Assembly: GCF_964213995.1 (NCBI RefSeq)
Contig: NW_027590170.1
Span: forward strand, 806,001 to 870,000
Direction: 5' to 3'
DNA: 64,000 nucleotides
From: Mustelus asterias
Lineage: Eukaryota
The position numbers were made by a program, and so were the translations under genes. This document shows, one piece after another, positions 11,722 through 24,086 of the stretch. Numbering within the stretch: position 1 is the first letter of the stretch; each line of letters opens with the position of its first letter. The notes beneath the pieces are model-generated. The model saw nothing but the letters and a program-made list of their open reading frames with translations, made no database searches and was not told the origin of the DNA.

Positions 11722-12054
11722 CCTTACGGCGCAGAGATATGTGGCAGAGTCTGTAACTCGCGCGGTTCCCACAGTCAGGATGCTGAATTTGCTGCCTCCC
11801 TCGATTGAAGCAGTGATCCTCACGCGTTGACCGGTTCCTCTGGTGGCCATCATCAGATGCTGCAGTGACTGGTTCGGGAGCTGTTCGTACCAATGCAGGA
11901 CGCTAAAAGCAATGAAGATAGTGCAGTTCATGGATATGTTTCCCGCTTCACTGAAAACCATCCGCGGAGGGATCTGCAGCAACTCATCTTCCTCAGTTAC
12001 CTTCGCGCAGATCAGAGTGAAAAACAGCAGAAAGCCGATGTGAATCGTCAACAT
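11722..12054 (-). CDS. TCR alpha-type V segment, apparently functional, leader fused to V (single exon)
   Basis: MLTIHIGFLLFFTLICAKVTE-EDELLQ..SMNC..LHWYEQ..DSATYLCAVR in one open frame; Cys at position 23 counting from EDELLQ. Confidence 0.88.
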
Positions 12055-12457
12055 TCTCAGTTGACACGCAATACCGAGATCTGCATAGATCCAGGGGATG
12101 AAAATTATGATCAGAAAAATTAACCGGGTGCCAAATACACGCTTCGGGTTCAATTCGGTAATATGTTAATGTTGAATTAAGAAAAGAAACTGAGTATCCC
12201 TTCAACTACCCACACTGAGCGCATCAGACTGACGCCAGCTCACAGCCTCTGAGCACACACCTGAGCCTTTCACATTACATATTGTCTTATACCGCCGTCT
12301 GGTGGTGTATACTGGTAATTCCAGGGCACAATTGTTCACTTGAACCAGAGCAGCTATTCTTTCCTTCCTATTATAGTTCTTTGCTTTCGGGAGAGTTTAC
12401 AGCAAGCACACGATTTCGCGCATTTTGTTCTCTAATTCTTGCTAAAGTTTTCTTAAG

Positions 12458-12745
12458 GGTGGAACGGTGACACAGTGGTTAGCACTGCAGCCTCACAGCG
12501 CCAGGGACACCTGATCGATTCCTGACTTGTGTCGCGTGGAGTTTGCACATTCTCCCCGTGGGTTTCTCCGGATTCTCCTTTGTCTCCCACAGTCCAAAGA
12601 TTCGCGAGTTAGGTGGATTGCACATGCTAAATTGGGACTAGCTCGGGTAAATGCAGGGGTTATGGGAATAGGGCCTGGGTGGGGTTGTGGTTGGTGCAGA
12701 CTCGATTGGTCGCGTGGCCTCCTTCTGCACTGTAGGATTCAATAA
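12458..12745 (+). mobile_element. V-SINE (HE1-like), diverged
   Basis: Homologous to 2268-2598. Confidence 0.8.
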
Positions 12746-13219
12746 TTCCACACTGAGACACCCCTCGGTGTGACAAGGTGAGGGTCCTGAAATTAGTCCT
12801 ATAGTATCATTTTTATAGTTTGAACTGGTCTATTTTTCGAATAAATGTGAAGTAAGGTAAAGTCACCATTGTCCCAGCTGACAATAGACTGGCGGTGATT
12901 GAACTTGAGGATCACCACATCTCCGGCAGGGTGTAAGGGCTGAGAAAGTAGTGCCATCATGAACAATAAAGGCCGGTACAGGAATTGCTGTACCGTCGCT
13001 CTGCATTCTTCACAGGTCGTCCAGCAAACTGAGCAAACCGACAGCCTAACATACCAACAGAAATAGCAACATTGAAAACACTTAATAATACACTTTTAAA
13101 ATATAAGTTTGACATTCGTGTTAAAATATGTTCTGTTTCAGCATTTGTGACTTCAATCAGATTTTTTTCAATAAATGTACCGAATTTCACATCGTCTCCC
13201 TCTGCCCACTGGTGGCGGC

Positions 13220-15403
13220 CATAACGTGGAGCTGCCAGCGTTGGACTGGGGTAAGCACGGTAAGAAGTCTCACAACACTGGGTTAATGTCCAACAGGTTT
13301 ATTTGATAGCACAAGCTTATGCAATGTTTCTCCTTCCTCGGTGAGCGAGGAGTTGTGTTCAGAAACAGGGCATACATAGATACAGACTCAACTTACAAGG
13401 TAATGGTTGGAATGCGAGTCTTTGCAGGTAATCAAGTCTTAAAGGTACAAACAATGTGAGCGGAGAGAGGGTTAAGCACAGGTTAAAGAAGTGTGTGTTG
13501 TCTGCAGCCAGGACAGTTAGTGAGATTTTGCAAAACCAGGCAAGTCGTGGGGGTTCACAGAAAATGTAACATAAACCCAGGATCCCGGTTGAGGCCGTCT
13601 TCATATGTGCGGAAATTGGCTATCAGTTTTTGCTCGGCGGTTCTGCGTTGTTGTGTCGTGAAGGCCGCCCTGGAGAACGCTTACCCGAAGATCAGAGGCT
13701 GAATGACCGTGACTGCTGAAGTGTTCCCCGACAGGAAGTGAACACTCCTGCCAGATGATTGTCGAGCGGTTTTCATTCATCCATTTTCGGAGCCTCTGCA
13801 CGTTCTCGCCAATGTAGCAAGGTGACGCTGTACTTAACGCCGTCAACTGCCAATCTCCAGATCTACATCTCATCCGCTTCATACTGGACCGCAACGTCTT
13901 CACCTTCAACAACCAGTTCTTCATCCAGACACACGAAACAGCCATGGGGACCAAATTCGCACCTCAATATGCCAACATCTTCATGCACGGGTTCGAACAA
14001 GACTTCTTCACCGCACAGGACCTTCAACCGATGCTATACACTAGATACATCGATGACATTTTCTTCCTTTGGACTCATGGCGAACAGCCACCGAAACAAC
14101 TATATGATGACATCAACAAGTTCCACCCCACCATCAGACTCACCATGGACGACTCTCCGGAATCGGTTGCATTCTTGGGCACACGCATCTCCATCAAGGA
14201 CGGTCACCTCAGCACTTGCCTGTACCGCAAGCCCTCGGATAACATCACGATGCTCCACTTCTCCAGCTTCCACCCTAAACTCGTTACAGGAGCCATCCCC
14301 TACGGACAAGCCTTCCGTATACACAGGATCTGCTCAGATGAGGGGAATCGGAACAGACACCTACAGACGCTGAAAGCTCTCATAAGAACAGGATATGGTG
14401 CTCGACTCATCGATCGAAAGTTCCGACGCGCCACACCGAAAAACAGCAACAACCTCCTCAGAAGACAAACATGGGACACGTTTGACAGAGCACCCTTCGT
14501 CGTCCAGTACTTCCCCGGAGCGGAGAAGCTACGACATCTTCTCCGGAGCCTTCAACATGTCATCGATGAAGACGAACATCTCGCCAAGGCCATCGCCACA
14601 CCCCCACTTCCTGCCTTCAAACAACCGCACAACCTGAAACTGACCACTGTCCGCAGCAAACTACTCAGCCTTCAGGAGAACAGTGGCCACAACACCACAC
14701 AACTCTGCCACAGCAACCTATGCAAGACGTGCCGGATCATCGACATGGATGCCATCATCTCACGTGAGGTACACGGTGCATTCTCTTGCGGCTCAGCAAA
14801 ATTGTCGACCTGATAGGCTGCAGGAAAGGATGTCCCGATGCATGATACATTGGCGAGACCATGCAGACGCAAACGACAACGGGTGAATGAACGCTGTTCG
14901 ACAATCACCAGGCAGGACGGTTCTCTTCCTGTCAAGGAACACTTCAGCAGTCACGGACATTCGGCCTCTGATCTTTGGGTAAGCGTTCTCCAAGGCGGCC
15001 TTCACGACAGATTACAACGCAGAATGGCCGAGCAAAAACTGATACCAAGTTCCGCGCACATGATGGCGGCCTCAACCGGGATATTGGGCTCATGTCACAC
15101 TACCTGTAACTCCCACGACTTTCCTGGGCTTGCAAAATCTCATTACCTATCCTGGCTGGAGACAAGACACCTCTTTAACCTGTGCTTAACCCTCTCTCCA
15201 CTCGCATTGTCTGTACCTTTAAGACTTGATTACCTGTAAAGACTCGCATTCCAATCATCATCTTGTACATTGAGTCTGAATCTATGTACGCCCTGTTTGT
15301 GAACACACCTCTTCATTCATCTGAAGAAGGAGCGACACTCCGAAAACTTGTGCTACCAAATAAATCTGATGGACTTTAACCTGGCGTTGTGAGACTTCTT
15401 ACT
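13220..15403 (+). mobile_element. Penelope-like retroelement (RT C-terminal half + GIY-YIG), 5' inverted pLTR
   Basis: ORF 13944-14813 with MGTKFAP..RYIDDIF..LYRKP; GIY-YIG remnants at 14800-15060; 13260-13815 is an inverted copy of the 3' part; TSD CTGGTGGCGGC at 13209-13219 and 15404-15414. Confidence 0.92.
15317..15352 (+). ncRNA. hammerhead ribozyme motif in the Penelope pLTR (partly mutated)
   Basis: CTGAAGA-A-GGAG/CTCC-GAAA-ACTT; stem III palindrome broken. Confidence 0.6.
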
Positions 15404-15599
15404 CTGGTGGCGGCGACAGGTAATACAATGTACAGATTTAAAACACTGTTCGAGTTCTGGAACCTAGACTGAGCCCATAAACTGTCGATCATAAACTCTC
15501 TCTTTATTTTTTCTCTTTGAATGCACCTGGTGCAACTGACTCGCTGCTGCATTTCTTTTCCAGATCCGTGATATGGATATTGTATCACTCAGCCTCGGC

Positions 15600-15945
15600 C
15601 ATTAACACATTCTAATCTGTTAAGGTGCCGCTATCAGCACCATTCATAGCCACAATCACTACATTCCCATATTCCTTTTGTCCACGATATGTTTGTCAAT
15701 CTCCCCCTTGTCTCCACCTGCCGCTGGCTCTATATCCAGCCCCCAGAGCTCCCCCAACCCCGCTCCCACAACAGTATGAAGCTCAGCTAATTTTCAATCG
15801 TCTTGACCTCCGACGAAGAGTCTTCCAGACTCAAGACTTTGGCTCTGTTCTCTCCCCACAATTACTATCAGACTTACAGAGATTTTCCAGCTGCTTTTGC
15901 TTTTGCTTCAGATTCCAGCATCCGCAGTAATTTGCTTTTATCGGA
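15600..15945 (+). mobile_element. 3' fragment of a second Penelope-like family
   Basis: Degenerate HHR (CCGACGAAGAGTC..GACTCAAGAC); tail CATCCGCAGTAATTTGCTTTTAT also found in the tRNA-Val array units. Confidence 0.6.
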
Positions 15946-16311
15946 GCTGTTCTTTTAATTTCGGCTTTGGCTCTTATCCTGGAAAACATCAGGGCACTTT
16001 CCTGTTCTTTCTCCGCCTTCGGGGTTAAAGGGCCAATTTTGTCCAGTTGCCTGCTGAGAGGTGAACAACTTCAGTTTGTTCCGTTCTCCCCGCGCTGACG
16101 GAAGGCAGAGGAGATCAAAGGAGCTGTGTGCTGACTGATTGAATTGAACACAACATCAGTTTTAAGCTGATTGGATGTAAAATGATGATGCGGATGGCAA
16201 TAAACCAATCAACAGGGGCCCGAATGTAACGCAACTTCTTCGCAACTCCGGCCAATTCAAATTTCAGCTTCAATCCACTCTGCTCACTTCCGCCTCGACC
16301 TCTCGGCAAAC

Positions 16312-17166
16312 ATGTCTCCTGTGACTTTGTGCTTATTCCTCACAGCGGCAGCTCTATCAACCGGTAGGTTCGCAAGTTACAGACGGTGTGTTTCGCGTAC
16401 TTTCCATTCACCACATCCAATCCGACAGTTCGATTGGTAAAATGTATGTTGATTCCGAAAGCCAAAATCATCCGGATCGACTTCGTCTGAGCAAGGGAGT
16501 AGGCAAAGTTCCTTAGGTGAATGAGAGTGGAAGAGTTATGGTGAGATCATCGGTCCCGCCGGAACCAGTGAGGGACTTTGGCAAACACCAGGCCTTTAAA
16601 TACGCCGACAGTTTCCCCATCAAATTACAAGTAAGGTAAGGAACTGATCTCCATAGAAGGTGCCGAATGTTCATTAAAGAGTGTTTTATTCAATCGAGCC
16701 AATCGCGTTCCCGTTCAGAATCTGAGTTGCGGGAAATGTGTTTCTGTTTAGATCCCATGGACTATTTCTCAAATTATTGGCCAGGGTGACGGGTGTATTC
16801 TGGTCTATAAACAAAGTGAACTGACATTGTTGAATTTAACATGACTCTTGGTTCTTACAGGACATGGTGGAGGAGACTCAGTTTCACAGACCCCAGCTGC
16901 AGTCACGTGAGTGAAGGAGATGATGTTCAGTTATTCTGTAATTATACAACTACAATCATTGACTATTATTACCTTTTCTGGTACCGTCTGTATCCCAATG
17001 GATTTATTGAATATCTTCAGAAGATAAGTAAATACACTGGGAATACAGAGAGATCCCCAGGGGACCGTTGTTCAGTGGAGTTCAATGATACAAACCGCAC
17101 TGTCCCACTGAAAGTGTCTAAAACAGATCTGATCGACTCTGCGGTGTATTACTGCGCACTGAAACC
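16312..17166 (+). pseudogene. TCR alpha/delta V pseudogene (leader 16312-16363, V exon 16861-17166)
   Basis: Leader MSPVTLCLFLTAAALST + GTAGGT; spliced frame GHGGGDSVSQTPAAVT hits TGA at 16908-16910 (1-nt deletion); shifted frame continues LFCNY..WYRL..DSAVYYCALKP; RSS CACAGAA + 23 nt + broken nonamer ACATGTGTT. Confidence 0.88.
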
Positions 17167-17517
17167 CACAGAAACACAGAGCCCGGCTGAACCTGAACAT
17201 GTGTTGATAATTGTACGGTATCAGACAGGAGTTCACTTTTACTTTGAAATTCTTGCTTTGCAGCTAACGTCACTGGATTGATCTCTGATTAGAAAGTCAC
17301 TATTGCCGTTTATTTTCGTGGAACTGAAGTTTGCCCTGAGGAGAATTCTATATTTTATCTCTCCAGCCATACTGAGCACCAGACATTAGTTACAAACGCG
17401 ATTTTGTTCCGGAAGTGTCGGAATTGGCATGTGTGCTAGATCTCCCAAACTGCAGAAAAAGCTCTAAAGGAACCAATTCCGATCTGTTCCTCTGACTAAC
17501 ATGTCATTCTCTCCTCA

Positions 17518-17677
17518 GGGGTCAGAACACTCTGCAGTTCCCATGTCCTCACTGTCTCCCCCCGTTGTCAATGAAGACTTTCATCGGGTACCGGCAGTAA
17601 CACGGGCCGCTGTCATGATGTATCGATTACTATTTCTGCACACAATGCCCTGTCTCACTCAGTGTTGAGCATAAATC
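17518..17677 (+). pseudogene. possible heavily deleted V relic
   Basis: Branch point/acceptor GACTAAC..TCTCCTCAG, (W)YRQ-like GGGTACCGGCAG, TACTATTTCTGC (YYFC), then CACAATG + 21 nt + GCATAAATC. Confidence 0.4.
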
Positions 17678-18235
17678 TGCACTATGGCCAAAATATCATT
17701 GTTCCATTGTAATGTGCCTGACAATTGCAATCGACAATTTATCTCACCCAATCCGCTTCCTCGCCTTTTTCAATGCAAGGGAACAATCAATAGAAGTAGC
17801 TACATTATTATTAAGTTCAAGGCAGCCTCTGCCACTGTTACTGAATCATCCTCGAGTCTGCCCAGTCCCTGTCACCGGCACTTGCTTTATAAATCAAAAG
17901 GGAAGAGAGATTTGATTTTAGCACTGATCATCCATGTCAAACTTGGAATGATGTTGGAGGAACGTCTGCCTCGCTGGCTAAGGAAACTGCCTAATTTTCT
18001 GCCTTTCTTTTCCCCCGCCCTGCTTCGTCATCTGATAAAATATAGAAACAAAGAAGACATAGATGGTGAACTTGCCTTAATAATGACAACTGGGGCATTC
18101 ATTCAAATCACGTGTCAAATCTCTGGATTGAGGCCGGAATCCAGAAGGTCAGCAGCAGGAGCGAGGGAGCTGTCAGTTATGTAATACTGGCATGATCTGT
18201 TCACAGTTCTCTTTATGTTTGCCCATGCCTAGTTT

Positions 18236-18325
18236 GACACACAGGGACTGCTATTCTCTATAATATACACAGAGGGTGCCAATCTCCATAATACACACAG
18301 GAGCTGCTATTCTCTCTAATACAAA
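18236..18325. repeat. ~30-bp minisatellite, about 3 copies
   Basis: ACACAG-G..CTGCTATTCTCTATAATA units. Confidence 0.6.
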
Positions 18326-20250
18326 CTATATATTTCATTCAGAATTAATGGTCATTGACTACGTCCTGAGACAAAGCGTTTACGATGATATCATTGGGCT
18401 ATGACTTACAGGTATTATAAAAAAATATTTACTTAACTATTTTCTTCTTGTTCACACCAATTCAGTAGTTATCTTCCTCTCACCTCATGTCTGCCATCAC
18501 TCCACAATAAATGACTGTATTTACGAATCAATCTCTTCTCGTGTAATTTATTTGATGTTTCCTTCATCTTCACTGACTCCCTCATGAACTGGCTCCTGAA
18601 CTTCCGATTTTCCATCAATACAAACATCTGCCTCAGCGTTTGTCTCCCATTAGAATCAATGTCTCGTTTCTCTGTCCTTCATTTTGCACAAGATTTTTTA
18701 GAACGAGTAAGTCTTATAACATATTAATATAGCTTGTTCCTTAATTCTCGAATGATAATTACAATAATTATAAACTAACTTTACTCTCACATTATCAATT
18801 GTTTTCGCTGCTGCCAAAACAAGAAATTAAGAGAAACATAAAAGGCCATTTTATGAACACATGATGTGTCAAAGCACCTTTTGGTGAATACATTTCTTTG
18901 GTGCATCCATTGGTGTAAACAAATGACACAGAGGGAGAGAGGGAGTTTGACAAAAATTCTGATTCGAAAGGTGTTGAAACTAGACCATTCCCGGGTTTAC
19001 CTTCTTCATTATTGAATGAAAGAGGTCAATACCAGGGCAATTATTTGGCTGGTCCAGTTGAATACCTGGTCAATGGTTTCTCCATGATAATGGGGGATGC
19101 AGTGATGGTAATTCCATTCACTCCAGGAGGGCGGTCTTCAGCTTTTCACTTTTTGGTCAATGTCAATGCCTGGTATTGTGTGGCACAGATGGCAAACAAA
19201 TGAGAATGTATCATATTAATCATAGAGATTTCATCGAGATTTACAGCAAGGGAAACGAAATTCTGCCCATCTTGCCTGTGCCGGCCATCAAGTACCTATC
19301 TATTCTAATTCCCTATTCCAATATCAGTCCCGTGGCCATGTATGCGATCATATTTAAATTCCCATCAGACTATGACATGTTAAGCAGCGTTTCTCGTACG
19401 ATTAAGTCTTAGCAATTGATCTGCAGAAGGCATCTTCCGAAAAAGCATCGAAAAAAAGCATATCACATCCACTGCGAAATCACAATCATTCGTGAGTTAA
19501 GAAAAAAGTATGTCCTTTGTCCCGTCAGGGAAGAAATCCACAATACTTTCAGACAGCTTGGGACCATCTGGATACGGTTTATAAACAAAGTCATGTTTTA
19601 TTTATGGCGACAATTGAAACAGTTTGCTGAAAAGAAACTACAATATCACCCTGCACCTTAACAATCAGGAAAAAAACATCCTTAATAACGACAATCTCCA
19701 GATCACACGCTCCTTTCTGTATCCAAATCTACCAAAATATCAAGTTGTTTTTCTTTCCTAATCGTGAAACAGTGTCTATCCAAGAATGGTACTGCAGGAG
19801 TTCTGATTTTGACTGATGTTAAAATTCTGTGTATGTGACTATGTCAGGCTGATGCTGAATGAGTTTTTGATTCAGTTCTTCTAACTTTGGCGACATGTTA
19901 TCGATGAGTAATTTGCAATGTCAGTGTGATTAATTAGCACTTAAGTCACAAAGACAGGATCTGTTCATTAAAGCACACAACTCTGCCTTCATGCGGCATG
20001 ATATCTAGGTATTCAAATGTATCAAAACAGATAAAGCAACGAAAGCATTTACACGTTTATTCAGCGACTGTAACTAATCTAAGTGTTGACGTTGTGAAAC
20101 ATGTTTGATCAGTGACTGTAATTTATGCAACAGGTGGATTTGCCTAATTAACACTCCTGAGATTGGATAACAGGTATAATAGTGGATGATTTCAATGTCG
20201 AACAGAGCGTCTGTGAGATCTGGATCACTTAGTGCTGCTTATCATTGAAA

Positions 20251-23200
20251 ATGCACGCGCCACCAAGAGGTCTGGTTTACGCCATTTACTACACTGCTCT
20301 TGCAGCAGTTGCTGTTCCAGGTAAAATATTGCAGCAAGGTGATCATTTTCCGATTGAATTATATCATTTCCACGTTACTAAATCCCCTCTGAATCTGAAA
20401 TCAGCACAAGTCCTGCAACTCACATTTGTTTTTGGCTGCAGGTGGTGGAGGACTTGGAATCGTATTTTTTTCAGTCGATTATGCCAGTAATTGCTGATTG
20501 GGCACATTTGAGCTCATCTGTATCTATGGTTGGATTTGGCGCTAACGGGCTTTCCCTATCGCATCCCTCCAGAGTGATATTCTAGCAAAAAGGCAAGTTT
20601 GCAATCCTAAGACTTGCGAGAAGGAAGTGATGCAATTAATAAACAATGTGTTCGTGGAGATTACACATTAATGGAATTTGGTGCCATCACCTGCAATTTA
20701 GAGCTGAGCCATCCCGATGTCATTTCAGGAAAGGTTTCGACAGGAAGAGGATTGGTTTTATCTAGTTCTCTTCAACACACAACATATATTCAGAATTGAG
20801 GTCAATTGAAAATTATAGGATACATGTTGTTAGAGCTTTTTCATGGAATCCATACGGTGCAGAAGGAGTCTCTATGGCCAATGAAATCTGCACCTGCTCT
20901 CCAACGGACCATCCCACTCAGGCCCTTTTCCCTCACTCCGCGCATTTACTGCAATAATCCCGCAAACCAACACTTCTTTGTACACTGAGGTACAATTTAC
21001 CATGGCCAGTAGACCAATCCTGCGCATTTTTCGACTGTGTGAGCAAACCGGAGCACCCAGCGAAAACACATGCATACACAAGGGGAATGTGGAAACTCCA
21101 CACAGACAGTCATCCAAGACCGGAATTGAACCGGGTCCCTGGCGCTATGAAACAGCAACCCAACCACTTTGCCATGGGAAAATAGGAAATAATACAATTA
21201 TTCTGACATTTGGCCCCTCAAGCCCGCTCCACCATTCCAGCCCAAGCGTTTTGTGAACCAATGAAATAACATACATGGAAGCGGGGAGGCAAATTGAGGC
21301 AGAATGTGCATGAGTATATTGGTAAGAGAATAGTTTATCTGACTTGTGGTTTTGAATTCCCGTTTCATGAAACTGTGTGTTTAGAATGTTCAGCGTCTGT
21401 GAAATGCAATGCCATGACCTCCAGCAGATAGGCATTGTGACATATAGAAACACCACTGGTCATTTAAAATACAGCCCAACGTTAAAGTGAATCTGTCCGA
21501 AATATTGTGAGTGATCCTGTTGCAGAACGCGACCAGCTGTCTAACTGAGAGCCGCACAGGCCAGAAGAAAGGAAAAGCGGCATTAACTATTGGCATCATT
21601 GTAGAGATTGCATGGAAATAAAGGAACAAACAAATAATACATGTTGCTGTCAAAATGACATGAAATTGGCATTGTTTGTACCGAACCATATATGCTAGGT
21701 TTAGTATGCAACTAAGTTAGAGTCTTGGTTCCCAAATACGCCTTCATATATTTATTAACCAAACATTTCATCACCAAAGTTTTAGCTAAATACATAATGA
21801 ATGAACGAATTATCATTGATGAAGTAAGACATGAAACTATCCTTTGCTTTTATGGGTTGAACGTTTTGCAGGCACATTGCAGTTAATAGTGTTTTGCTCC
21901 ATCTGAGCTCCGAAGGTGTCAGCATTCACATATTTACTGGAATATTCATCCCGATGTTCTGCTTTCTTTAGTCCGCTTTGATCTCTGTTCTCTTTGAAAG
22001 TTATCAACTGTTCGGATTTTCAGCTGGAAATAAATTCACTTTGGATAGTCTTTGTGATGCTTGCGCCGTCCTTGAATTTTCCCGCTCTAATTGTTTCAAT
22101 CAACCTCTCTCAAATTGATGAAACAAACATGAGACTATTTTCTTACTTTTATCGCAAGGACAGTTCATGGTCAGTACTTCAGCCGGTCCACTCAACCTTC
22201 TGTTTGGAAGCACAAACCTGAAAGATTTGTCGAAGTTTCCGTCCCTCTGAGCTCGTGATTATGGATATAACCTCGGAAAGTTCCCATGTTAAAAATCCTG
22301 CATTTATTTCCAGCGGTCATATGTAACTTCGGTTCATCGTTCTTTTAGATCCATCTTAATTAATTAAAATCCTACTTGAAGACATGAATATATATTTTTG
22401 GTCGATATTGGGAAGCTTTGAGAGATTGCTATGTTGCAGGATCTTTAGTTCTTACATGAGAAGCTACTAAGTCATGTTCCATTTCGGCATTTCGGTTGGA
22501 AGCTAAGGATTGTATTGAAGAAGGTCTAGTAATTCTCACTGAGGTTTGTATTTCAATCTTCTCCATAAAGCCTATGAAGACACATCCAAAAGGAAGGTCT
22601 ATTGCCATCACAATGTAAACGGCTCTGGTCTCTTCATATTAGTTTCTGGAATCGTACCTTTGCAGTATCCCTCATGCTTGTTCCATTCGTTATTATAATT
22701 GTTATAATGTGCTTCTGAATTTAATTCCAGTTGCCATTCTGTTGATTCTGTTCTGTTAACTAGATATCTTAAATATCAATGAAATGGTTTTTTTAACATA
22801 TTTTCTTCACCAGTCTATAATCGCCTGTGTTGACATATTGATGCGTAAGCATATTTAATGAACTTATGTTAATTCATTGAAATATCTTTGTTTTCCTGCA
22901 ATGGTCTCTGTTTAATCATTTCAAGCATCACGACTATGAGATACCTCTAATCCAGACAAGCACATGGCTTCTGTTTGGAGTGTATTTTGTAAACTCTCTC
23001 TCTCTCTCTTTTTCTTGATTACAGTTAATTTGGTGGCTATTGTGATCCTGAACCGAGGAAGGTGCGGTCTCTCCAGGTGTATCACTCGGTATCTGGTCTT
23101 CATGGCAGTGACTGACCTGCTCGTTATTGTCACCGCAGTGATAATAAACCGGATTCCTGGCATTTATTTCCCCAGCAGTTTTCTGTCCATCACTCCGGTT

Positions 23201-23905
23201 TGCAGTCTTAGCATCACCTTAATTCATGCAGCAAGAGACAGTTCTGTCTGGTTAACGGTCGCTTTTACTTTCGATCGATTTGTGGCCATTTGTTACAAGA
23301 AGCTGAAAACTAAATATTGCACTGAAAAAATGGCAGCTGTGGTTATAGGAATGGTGTGTTTTTTAAGTTTCCTGAAAAGTATTCCTTGGTACTTTATACA
23401 CGAACCCATTTATATATTTGACAATGTCCCCTGGTACTGCCGACAAAAGGACATTCGTTATACTTCGACTTTGTGGACAGCGTTTGATTGGACTGACCGT
23501 ATTTTAACACCATGCCTCTCTTTCGTTATGATTCTTCTGTTCAATGTGTTGACCGTCAGACACATCCTTGTGGCCAATAGAGCCCGCAGGAGACTCACAG
23601 TCCAAAGCAATAGAGAGAACAAGAGCGATAAAGAGATGGAGAACAGAAGAAAGTCCATTGTTTTACTGTTTGCAATTTCAGGTAGCTTCATCCTCTTGTG
23701 GTTGGCGTATGTTGTACAGTTCTTTTATGACCGATTTACAAAGGATGTTAAAATCAATGGATACAGTGACGCCAAATTCATCCTTCGCGAAAGTGCAAAT
23801 ATGCTTCAGTTGTTGAGTTGCTGCACAAACACATTCATTTATGCAGTGACCCAGGGGAAATTCAGGGAGCAGTTGAGAAATCTGTTGGCTTGTCCCCTTA
23901 ATTGA
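20251..23905 (+). CDS. GPR139/GPR142-like orphan class A GPCR, two coding exons (20251-20320, 23025-23905), 316 aa
   Basis: Exon 1 MHAPPRGLVYAIYYTALAAVAVP + GTAAAA donor; acceptor ..TTGATTACAG; joined P-V-NLVAIVILNRGRCGLS; MAVTDLL, FTFDRFVAIC, NTFIY motifs; 951 nt open. Confidence 0.9.
20843..21175 (-). mobile_element. V-SINE (HE1-like), diverged, in the GPCR intron
   Basis: Homologous to 2268-2598. Confidence 0.75.
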
Positions 23906-24086
23906 ATAGGATCAAGTATTCAATAAAGTTGTCAAAATTCTTCCAGCAATATATTTGCGTCATGGCAAAAGATTGTGTCTTTTTTGTTGTGAAAAAAATT
24001 ATATTGCTGCCATTTTGTTTTGAAAGGCGCAGGTGAATGAACATCTAATTTTACTGTGAGTCTACCTTCTAATATCAGTAATGCTT

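Noticed and set aside
12055-12153. N-terminal extension of ORF 11566-12153 with a J-like VFGTRL and a hydrophobic stretch
   Set aside because: TTG start, no FGxG motif, no J-type RSS; looks like a pyrimidine-rich intron/UTR read in frame
13205-13220. CTCF-like CCCACTGGTGGCGG
   Set aside because: Poor core match; explained as the Penelope target-site duplication
17684-18184. 166-aa ORF
   Set aside because: No recognisable domain or splice context; likely chance
21700-22900. Possible ancient LINE or processed pseudogene in the GPCR intron
   Set aside because: No motif could be identified with confidence
22964-23024. ORF-track N-terminus MASVWSVFCKLSLSLFFLIT of the GPCR
   Set aside because: Polypyrimidine tract of the intron; the real exon 1 is at 20251-20320
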